Shown here piece by piece: positions 53,701-64,000 of a stretch of 64,000 nucleotides of DNA. Numbering within the stretch: the stretch's first letter is position 1; every line of letters begins with the position of its first letter. The position numbers and the translations under genes were made by a program. The notes beneath the pieces are model-generated. The model was not told the DNA's origin. It did no database searches and was given only the letters and a program-made list of their open reading frames with translations. Source of the stretch: Camelus dromedarius (taxonomy: Eukaryota); contig NC_087436.1 of the NCBI RefSeq assembly GCF_036321535.1, positions 54,190,001-54,254,000 of the forward strand, written 5' to 3'.

Positions 53701-56700
53701 TTATTTGGCACTGTTCTCAGGCTTTAGCCTTGGCTCCAGGATTCTCCATTGGCTGTTTCAGGTTTCCACAGTCCAGTCCTCTCTCAGACCTTTTGTGATC
53801 CAGCTTAGTTCCAGATTCCTCTACCCAACATTCATCCCAGGAACAGCACTCCAGTTAGCTTTGTCCTAGCCCTAGGTTCAAAAATTTTTTTTACTATATT
53901 TTGTGCATAATTATTAGGAAAAAATCTATTAACTACCTGCTGTGTGCTAGTTGCTAGAATTGTTAAGTCCTGATTTTATGACTAAACTTTTAACTATTGA
54001 AACATTGTGAAAAGAACAAAATCACTGAATAGTATGCACCAAAGTGTCACTATCTTTATTATTTTCAGAGTTACTGATTTGGTAATATTTTCAATAATTT
54101 ACAGCTTCTGGATAGGCTCCAAAATGCATCTCAGTTATAAGAATTTCATTTTATGATGAGTGTAAAATTTATTAAGATTAGTGAAAATTTTTAGTAAAAT
54201 TACTGAGTTAAAACTTTTAGCAGATAAAATAAAGATGATTTACCAAAGAATTTTAAGCTCTAAATATCTACTAAAAATCACATTTACTAATCTTTAACAA
54301 AGTAAACCCTTATACAGATTTATTTTGCTCACAATTATAATCCAAATTTACAGTAATGCAAAGGTTATTTTTTTCATATTTGTAATGACTTCAGGGTACT
54401 CCTTTTGACTTTCCTCATTTTTTGGTTATTTGGCGTAAACTGCATAAAACTGAAAGTGCAAAATTAAACACGTCAGTAACACCTGTGCTTTTTGTAGCCT
54501 CTTGAATGAGGTTATGCATTTTGATTTGATTTCTTGCTAAAAACCTGCTGTTATACATGAAACTGATGAGAACATGATGATCATGAGGAATGGTGAAAAG
54601 TAAAAATAGGAGAAAACCTAAGTTATTTTTATCGTATAAAATTATGTTCTGAAACTGATTTTTTCCCCCTCTGTATCATAAATCTTAGTTTTTTATAAGG
54701 AAAGAGATCAGAGAAAGGATTTAGCTACCAGTTAGAGGCTTCAGGATAAACTCAAGAAGCAGATAATACATTTTATCTGAAATTGGCTATCTAAATAATT
54801 TAGAGAAATTGTAATTCACAAAAAGGAATGTGCACAATCATGATCAAAGCTTAAAAATGGAACTGCTACAACATTCATGACTGATGAGAGTCATCAGTAG
54901 TTCATGCACATCATTCACCAAATGAATTTTCAGATTAAAAAATCTGAAAAATTGGATATATAACTATCCTTGCTTACTTTGTAAAATAAGATATATACAT
55001 AAGATTGATATATCCTTAGCTTTCAGGGGAATTAATGTATTTATCACAAAATGTTTCAAAAAGAAATCAGTCAGTGCTTCCATGATTTTGTCTCAAGACA
55101 ATTCATAAAGTTCAAGTGATGGACAAAGATAAAATTATTGGTTGTCTAAACTTTCCTTCTGTACAGAAGGAAATGGGATGAGAAAATACATTATGACATA
55201 GGTATCTAATAAAATCCTGAAGTGAAAGAACCTGTATTAACATTACTCCAATTTAGATTTTGTATTATTTGCTTCTGTAAGTATCTTAGGGATTGATTCT
55301 TAAAGTTGCTATATAGGTATAGTTAATGGCTTTTGTACAGTCAGGTCCCTGCTAGATGTATCTAGAAACCAGAATATTAGAGGATATGGGATGCTGTGTA
55401 CCTACATTCTAAGCAAGAGATTCTTAGAATGCGATTACCAGCAGAAAAATTCTCATAAAGTGTTAAGAACTAATCTCCAGTTGCATGTTCTCGTTGGCCA
55501 AAATCAGTGACATTTTGGGCAGCTATTCTGATACTATTTTGCAGGTTAACACAGAATAAATTCTTTAAATTTTACTAACGTACCTGCATTTTTATACCAC
55601 TTTATTTTTTTCCCAAATTTTTGTTATCAATTTGTTATAAGAAATGGGGAATGTTTGGTGTAAGTGAGCCTCAGATCTTTTGTCTAGCTTAGGAAACTGT
55701 CAGAGAAACTCACCAACTAACTAGACTTTGAGAACTACTGTTCTCTGATGTTTCATCAGTCCTGGTGTTTTGCCTCAACCCTGAAAGCTAAAGTAAACTT
55801 GGACTATTCTTTCTGAGAATAGGACTGTGTCACCCTCCCTCAGTGATGTTAGGGAGGGAAAGAATGGATTTGGTCACTGAATTTACTAGCTCTCTTTTAA
55901 TAGGTGATAGCTTTTTATGGCTGTATCAACATATAAAGATTCTTCTCCAGAATGGGTCCATCAGTTCGGTGTCTGCTAAGTAATAGCCACTGTGTTAGCT
56001 ATTTTAAATATATGATCTTATTTAATCCTTTCTAATTACCAAATATCTGTCTCTGTTAATTCTCCTATAACTATATTAGGTGTATTTTGTTGACCTTTCT
56101 TATTTTTTTTCACCATTTATGTAGATCTGTGTTTATTAAAGTTGAATTCTAGATGCCAGGAGCATATTACTGAGTTCTAAAAAGCCATTAGCAAAATAGA
56201 AAAACCCATTTAAAACTATAGTATATGCTTAGATAGAGGTGTTAAAGGATTTTTATCAAAATGTTAAAAGTGATTAGCACTCTCTTGGGGCCAGGAAGAA
56301 GGAGGTGTGAGAATTCATGTGTACATGATTTTTAAAATAAAAGAAATAAGCTATTTTAATTTTAGTACAAAAGGCTAAGGCCAGTGAACCCTATCTTTGA
56401 CTAGACAAGTTCAAGTACATTTAAATTTCTTTCTCATTAAGAGATAAAGAAATAGGGTCAATAAGAAAGTTCTCTCCAAAAAGAATGCGTCATCATAAAT
56501 TATATGCCTGCCCAAAAAGAAGAGCCACTGGAGGTGGAGGATCGGTCTCTGTCATATCCTCCTCTTCCACCTCTGGAATTTTTGTAAAAGCATGAATTTT
56601 ATAAACCATTTTACTGGTTTAATGTGAATTTGTTTCCCATTTATACGTAATGGCCGAGCCTTTTCACTTCCATGCTGCTATCAAGCCTCCTGTCTTGTCT

Positions 56701-56899
56701 TTCTTCTTCTCCTCAACAGTTTGCATAGCCTCCAAAACTTTTATCTAATGATTGTTTTACTTCTGTGCCAGAAAAAAAATTTTTCCAAAGAATGATAAGG
56801 CAACATGAACATAAATCAACCATTAAGTGCTCTAGTTTTGATAGAATCAACTTTAACTTTGGTAGATTAGGGAACTTCCTCCACATGCCTAGCCATGCC

Positions 56900-58100
56900 T
56901 AAGGTGTCTAAGGGGGGATCTTCCATGAATTAAGCAAAGACCCAAACAAGAATCATCCGTTATTTGAATCTTTTTGGAACTTCATACCTTTATTGTCCCT
57001 CTCTTTGAATTGACAAAGATGGGCTTTGCAAAAAGGATGTAGGGCCAACACTTTAATATACAGGTCAAGGAGACGCTTGGTCAGTAATGATTCTTTACAT
57101 GATGTTGCAGTGGAGCTCATTGTACACTTGACCTTCATGAGGAAGTTTCCTTCCAGCCACTGGTAAGGCATGGCTATCCCATCTTCATCCTTGAGGCGTT
57201 CCTTCCCAGTCAATGACTGTGTGGTCCATTTATAGTTACTGGTTGCTTGCATAGCACAGTGTCTGTGGACTTTAAACAACCATACTTCACAAGACAATCC
57301 TTAGGTTTTGGCAAACTGTGGTCCATGGACCAAACCATGGCCTATAGACCTATGCTTCTTTTTGTACAGACACTTGAGCTAAAAATAGATTTTACATTTT
57401 TTTATATGCTTGTAAAATAAAATAAAGAAGACTATGTAACAGAGACCATATATGGTCTACAAAACCTAAAATAATTACTGTTTGGCCCTTTACTGAAAAA
57501 TTTTGTCAACTCATGATCTTTGTGATGTGACCCTGGATTAAACTTAACACAAGTTACAATACATTGGCCTAGCATGTGAACAGGAATACCAATTATACAT
57601 CCCTGAGAAATGGTACATGGGGTACTGAGGAGACTCAGAATGTTCCCTGTTCTGAACATTTTTCAGTCTTTCAGTCCAGTCTTCCATTTCTTTTTTGTTA
57701 TTAGTATATAAAATTGAACTTTTTACGTGGAGCATTGACCACAAAACTTGGGGTTGGAGTCAATCACATGAGTATCTGTCAGATTCACCTCACCAAAATG
57801 ACTGCCTTTGCAGGTTTTACATAGTAAAATATTAGTCCTCAAGGCTTAAAGAATCTCCCCACACCCTCCTTTTAAAAATGTTGGTATGGATTTTTCTGTT
57901 TCATTAGCATCACTTTTTCGGATGATTGACTTTTAGCAGATCTGGCCTATGATGGAAACCTTGCAGATGAGCTTCTGCAGGAACCTGGGCTTTGCTTTGG
58001 ACTCACTGTCCTTTGACTCCTGAGAGTGCTGGAGGCTACAGCAGGCTGTGCTGAGGGGCGCCTCCCTGCTGGCAAGCAGCCTGGTCAGCGTGAGCAAGGC
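56900..58100 (-). pseudogene. DGKD: Processed pseudogene of diacylglycerol kinase delta (N-terminus, PH, C1a/C1b, start of catalytic domain)
   Basis: Minus strand: [98 protein letters not shown]...DGIAMPYQWLEGN; TSCKESLLTK; IFVNSK..NKGMKF. No introns; stops, frameshifts and deletions present. Confidence 0.9.
57302..57515. mobile_element. hAT-Charlie MITE (MER58B/C-like) inserted in the DGKD pseudogene
   Basis: ggcaaactgtggtccatggaccaaa...cagagaccatatatgg...cctaaaataattactgtttggccctttactgaaaaattttgtcaac. Confidence 0.85.
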
Positions 58101-58126
58101 TTACCAGGGACGGAGAGAGGCATAAC

Positions 58127-59325
58127 TTTTTTTTTTTAAATTAAAAAAAACTTAATATGAACAATATAAAAAATATACAAAAGTGAAGAGACTATTATAA
58201 TGAGTTACCACTTACTCATCACCCAGCTTCAGTAATTTTCAGCTCATGGTCAATCACATTTATCTCTGTATTCTCCCTCTTGAATGGTTTTGATGCAATT
58301 TCCAAATAATGTATATTTTAATCTGTAAATTTCAATATACTTAAAAAGAATTACAATCCCAATATTATACCTACAAAATGAAAATAATTTAATATCCTCA
58401 ACTAGTCATTTGTTCAAATTTTCCAAGTTGTCTTATATTTTAAAAAAATTATTTCTATAAGAATTCAAGTAAGAGTCATACATTGTAATTGGTTGATATA
58501 GCTCTTAACTTTCTTTTAATATATAGGCTTTCTTTCCATATCTTTATATATTTATTGGGAAAAAAATGTTATTTTTCTCTTAAATTTCCCACAGTTTGGC
58601 TTTGCTGAGTATTTCCCTATGGTGTCCTTTAATGTTTCTTTGTCTCTTGTACTTTCTACAGATTAGTACTTAGACCTAGTACTTGGTACCAAATTAGTAT
58701 TTAGACCTTTGCACTTTCTACAAATTAGTACTTAGACTGATTATGGTTCAGTCCTTTTGGCAAGACTGCTTCATAGGTGGTACTGTGTACTTCCATCAGG
58801 AGGTATGTAATATCTACTCTATCTTTTGTGATATTGGTGGCCATTGATGATCATAATCTAGACCTAGGTATTTATTAGGGACTGCAAAATTGTGATACTC
58901 TATAATGTTCCACATTGTTTATTAGTTGAAATACATACAACTATTTGGTTATGCTGTGGCACAGTTCATATAGAAAAGTCAATATAAATACTTGATTTAT
59001 TCCTTTTATTTACCATTTTTCAAAACAGTGTGTTGTTGCTTAGCATCCTCTGATAGTGTCCAATGATTTTTTTAAAAAATGTCATTATGAATTCATGGAG
59101 TTAAATGTATTATGTGTGTTTAATCAGTATTCTTATTGCTGCCCAACGTTTTCCATTCCTGGCACTTGGGAGCCTAATCTGACTTAGCTCCTGAGTTCTT
59201 TTTATTCACACCTATCGATCTTTGATCCCTTTCTTTCTTTCTGGTATACTAAAATGTTCCAAGCTCATCCTTATAAGACAGATAATCAGCATTTCTTAAT
59301 TGAACCCTGGTTCCTTTTAGTGTTA
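58127..59325 (-). mobile_element. Old L1 (L1MC4/5-like) 3' end
   Basis: Poly-T, then catcacccagcttca...ttttggcaagactgcttcataggtggtactgtgtacttccatcaggagg...gaaccctggttccttttagtg. Confidence 0.75.
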
Positions 59326-60329
59326 TCCTTTTTTTTTTAAAGCTGAGGAAACTAAAGTTTAGCCAAGGGTTTACAGCTCATAAATGATGGGCCTGATATT
59401 CTGATCCAGATCCATTTTATTCTAAAACCTCAAGTCCAGGAGCCGTTGTAGACATGGAGAGTACCCCATGAACTCAATTATTATTTAACATTTGTTTAAC
59501 TAATTTGTTTCTACAAATCCTGCTTTAAGAGAAAAAAGAACTTAGAACTTTCCATGTGTGCTTTCTTTTGCTTTATTATATTTAAAAAAGGCTACATATA
59601 ACTGTACTTGCTCTTTCCATTTCTTGTTTAACAGAAATTTTGTTCTTCAGCTAGGATTAATTGCTTTCCTGCTATCTCTAATTATATGAACTCTTATCCA
59701 GGATACAGCCTCATTATTCTCAAGAATCTAGAGCTCGTCTGCACATTCTTGTACTTATTTTATCTTCTTTTATCTTGTGAGTTAAAAGAGAAAGCCATGA
59801 GAAACGCAGGTCAGACTATAATATATTGCTTCATCCTTTCCAACCTTGAGAGTTACTCCTTCTGCCCCCTTGCTCTGTACATTCCCCAGTGCAGTTGTTC
59901 TTAATGTAGGATGTTCATTAGAACCATGCATTTTTAAAGAAAACAACTTTATCCCTAGCTTTTTAGTCAGTAGGGTTGGTAGGGGCCTCACTTATATATT
60001 TTTGGGGAGTCTTTCTAGTTGTTTTGATTCTACATTTTAGTAGTGTTCCAGGGACTCTAAATGCTGTGAGAGTTTCCTCCTCATCAGGAAGAAATTTTTC
60101 AGTCATATTTATGTATCATATATCCATTCACCTTTAAGCTCAAATTAATCTGTGCATCATTAACATTTTAAATCTCAGAATTTAAAAAAAATTTTAAAAA
60201 TACATTACATTAATCTTTCCAAAGAGCCAGCTTTTGGATCTTTGATTATCTCAAATATTTTTTTACATTAATTTTCCTTTTTTAAACTTTTGGCTCACTA
60301 TGTTGTTAATTTTCTTTCTAATTTCTTTA

Positions 60330-61500
60330 TAAAAATAAATTAAAAAAATGTTGAATACGCAATACATTTCACATGGTTCAAAATCAGTACATATTTAAAA
60401 ATGCACATAGTGGAAAGTCTTCCTTCTCCCACTTTTTCCTATTTGTCCGTATCTTAAAACCCACCCCAATAAGTAAACCACCTATGTTAGTTTCCAGTAT
60501 TTACTTCTTGAAAAATTTTACGCACACATAATGCAAGTACACATTTTACTGTTTTGTGTTTGTTTTTATAGAAAAGGGTAAGACTCTAGATGCTCTTCTG
60601 AAACATTTCTTAAAAATTTAACAATAAATGTAGATATTTCTTGTATCAGTTCACAAAGAATATTCTTTTTAAAAAACAGCTATATAGCACTGCATCATAA
60701 GTAAATCATGCTTTACTGTGCTGGTTCCATACAATGTCAGATCGTTGTTATTTTTCAGTCTTTTGCTATTTTAAACAATGCTGAAATTAATAACCTTGTA
60801 CTTGCTTCTTCATATGTATAATTCTATCTGTACATTTAGAATATGTGCATTTGCAATTACGATGGATATTTCCAAACTGCTTTTCACAGAGATTGCATAA
60901 ATTTACCCTCTCACCAGAAATATGTGAGCACTCCTATTTACCCCATGGTCAGCAAAGTGGTGTATATCCAAACTTTAGATCTTTGTTAATTTTATAGGTT
61001 AAAAATGGAATCTCAGTTCATTTCTCTTATTATGAAAAATTGTGCACCTTTTCATATAGCTAACAACTATTTGTATACTTTTATTTGGTATCCTATTTAA
61101 AATTAGGGTTTTTTTTTTTTTTTTACAGTTTTACAGGAACTTTGTATATATCAAAGTTTGCCCTTTTGTGATTGAATTGCAAATATTATTTCCTAGTTTT
61201 CCATTTGACTTTGCTTATGATAATTTTTGTGGTACAGGTATTTTTGATATTTTCATGATCAAATTTCCCTGTTCCTTTTTATGGTTTTGAAGTTTTATAT
61301 CATAATTTAAAATGCCTTCCATTCTCTCCTGTTCTAAAATACTTATCACATGGTTTATTCTAGTACTTCTATGGCTTTATTAAAAATCATATTTTGATTC
61401 ATTTATAGGAAAAATTCTTTCATTTGCCCACCATTTTTAGATGCTACTTTCATCACTTACTAAATTATGGTAGGTTTTTGGTCTGCTTCTAGGATCCACA
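60330..61500 (-). mobile_element. Old L1ME-like 3' fragments
   Basis: catggttcaaaatc...tttccaaactgcttttcacagag...tttaccctctcaccag...ttgcaaatattatttcctag. Confidence 0.65.
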
Positions 61501-61764
61501 TGTCCCATTTTGCATGGTCTTACCTTATACCTGTAATTCTGATGTCCTCTTAATTAATACTAGAGTTTTTAAGACTGCATTTTCTTCTGATTTGGCTTAG
61601 CTGTTTGCCACAGGTTCTGATAAAAGGTGTTTCATCTCTTGGAGGAAGAGAGACAAATCAAAATGTCTTACTGATAATGTTTTTACAATTTGTCTTTGGA
61701 CCTCCAGTAATTTAGCTTCAAAATAGGGGATATTCATCAGACTCCCCCTCTTGGTTCCCTATAT

Positions 61765-62508
61765 GCCAGCCATAGATCTTTTATCTCACAGCTCCAAATT
61801 TATTTTTCTTGCTCTGCTTTGTGATGTAAGCGTTGGATAGGTAGACATTTCTTCTTTGCCAACTGGCATGATGTTAGATTTTGCCAATAGGTGGTACTGG
61901 TTGGACAGAGCTAGGAATAGCAGGGGAAGGGGCTTCTCTTCCTGATTCTGGTGTGCATTTTCTTCCTTCTGTGACATGATGTCAGCAGTGTGCAGGACTA
62001 GTGGTTCTCACTCTCCACTAGCTTCTCAGGTACCCAGCAGGCTGAGAACCAGCCTCAGCTTCCTACTGCATCAGTAGACAGTTTCCTGCAGGTCAGCTTT
62101 AGGCCTACCCATGCACCAGGGAGTGGTTTCTGGAGGACCAGTGCTGGCCCACGAGTGTTCCAGTGGGCAGCTTCTTAGGAAGCAGCTCTAGTCCTCTGGA
62201 ACCTGGCATACTTTCCCACCCCTTCAGTTTGCTGTAGCCACACCTTCTCCAATTAGGTCAGAATCTCAGCCTTAGTTTGTTGGGGTTGCCTTCTTTCAAA
62301 GTCTTAGTTCCTTCCATGTTTACTCTCCCTCAATCCTAGAGATAATAAATGCTTCTTCCATTAGCAATTACTGTATTCCTTAGAGTCATCTTTTACTACT
62401 TTCAGTGGGTGACTACCTTTTACTAATTGAAAAATCTTTACACTAAATATTTCCTGTTCAAATTACTAACATAGCTTCTGTCTCTTGACTGGATCCTGTC
62501 TAATCCAG
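61765..62508 (+). mobile_element. ERVL LTR (LTR33-like)
   Basis: ttttgccaataggtggtactgg near the 5' end; 3' end ttcctgttcaaattact...ttctgtctcttgactggatcctg. Confidence 0.7.
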
Positions 62509-62509
62509 G

Positions 62510-64000
62510 ATCAATACCAGGAAGATCTACCAATAAAGATGAAATTTGGATTGGTTTGGCCATATCCTTAGGCTTGAGCAGTGTTGATTTCCTTGTTGTG
62601 AGAAATACTGTACTAGTAATTTATGGCATGCAGTGGCATCACATTGAGCCATTACTTGTGGAGGATTGTGATGCAGGTCCCTCAAAGAAAGACCCAACAA
62701 CATTGCGAGAAGAATGTACTATGAATCCTCTTTCAAGCCTTCTACAGTGAGGCCTGGGTCCAATTGTTTGAGTACCCTAGGGAAAAAGAAAACGTGAGGA
62801 ATACTAGTTGCTGGCTTTGAGCTGATGCTAATTCCTGGAGACTTCCTAAAATGCCACTGTGGTCCAACAGTGAAAGTGGAGGTTATGTTAGTTGGTTGGT
62901 AGATGGAGTGTTAGCTGAAGTTAGACTCACAGAGGGCACAGTCTGTCAGATTTGCCTTGTTTTTATAATTTTAGAAACTGACTCTCTGACATATGGGTTA
63001 TGGGCCATTATTGTAGAAAGAGCTAAGTGGAAGTCCTTGGAAATTCCCTTCTCTGCCAAGGTATTAACCCAGTTGCAATACTGAATTCTTAGGGAATTGT
63101 GGAGATAAGTGCCACCATCAAAAGACTTGAAAATGGTGGTGGAACCTATTATATTTCTTCTATTTGATCTGTGGAGAAGTCAGATGAATTTTGGAGAATG
63201 ACTGTGATCATCATAAACTTAATTAGGTTGTAATGCAGGTTAAAGCTGCTGTCTCAAATATAATATCTTTACTGGAGCAAAACAACATGGTTCACTATAT
63301 TGATAGCATTATGATCATTAGATTTGATGAGCAGGAAGTAGCAGGAACTTCATATGCCTTAGGAAGGTATATGTGAACCAGAAAGTGGAAGATAAACCCC
63401 GTAAAATTTCAGAGGCCTCCCACCTCAGTGCAGTTTCTGGGGGTCTAGTGGTTTGGATCATGTTAGGATATCCCCTCCAAGGTGAAAGACAAGTTATTGT
63501 TCCTTTCACTCCCTACTGTGAAAAACAGGCACAACTCTTGGCGGCCTTTATGGTTTTGGGGGACTATATGTGTCACATTTGAGTGTATACCTGTGATGCA
63601 TCTACTGAGATACTAATAAGTGGGACTTGTTTTGAGTGAAAACCAGAGTGAGAGAAGGTTCTATGGTAAGTCCAGTCTGCATCGCAAGCTACTCTTTCAC
63701 TTGGGCCTTGTGATTCAGCAGTTTTGATTATACTTGAGATGCCTGTTGCAAATTGAGATGCTGTGAGAAACTTCTGGCAAGTGTCAATATAAGAACAAGA
63801 GTACATACCTCTAGGACTTTCAAGCACTTCTTATGTCCTCTTCTGCAGATAACTATTTTCTTAATGAGAAACAGCTCTGGATTGTTACTGGGCCTTGATA
63901 GAAACTGAATGCTTAATCACGGGACATCAAATTACCTTGTAGCCTAAGCTTGCTATCATGAATTGGGTGTTTTCTGACCAAATAGCTATAAGGTTGTTGT
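62510..64000 (+). mobile_element. ERVL internal region, heavily deleted gag/pol remnant
   Basis: ATIKDLK- and WRMTV-like RT N-terminus at ~63110-63230; VHYIDSIMI (YIDD motif decayed) at ~63290-63318. Confidence 0.8.

Larger units (their letters stand above)
13256..64000 (+). other. STPG2: Long STPG2 intron, continuing beyond the window
   Basis: Begins gtaagt. I found no further PG-repeat exon with splice sites by eye, and the region is dominated by interspersed repeats. Confidence 0.7.

Noticed and set aside
58650..58740. Short interspersed direct repeats (attagtacttagac, three copies) resembling an array
   Set aside because: Local slippage duplications inside an old L1 with irregular spacing; there is no CRISPR or other prokaryotic system in this mammalian sequence.

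Overview
AT-rich mammalian genomic DNA, most likely camelid (a Vic-1-like tRNA-derived SINE and camelid-style L1 tails are present). The first 13.3 kb carry four internal coding exons of STPG2 (sperm-tail PG-rich repeat protein 2) on the + strand. They splice into one open frame with canonical AG/GT sites. The remaining ~50.7 kb appears to be a single long intron filled with L1, L2, MIR, MaLR/ERVL LTRs and DNA-transposon fossils. None of the listed six-frame ORFs is an intact gene; they are repeat-derived, pseudogene-derived or random. The least expected features lie on the - strand: an old processed pseudogene of DGKD split by a MER58-type transposon, and a much more decayed intronless fossil of a CAMK-group (STK17/DRAK-like) kinase. 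I do not see evidence for a new biological system. Protein and repeat family assignments are from my recall of reference sequences, not from database searches, and repeat boundaries are approximate.
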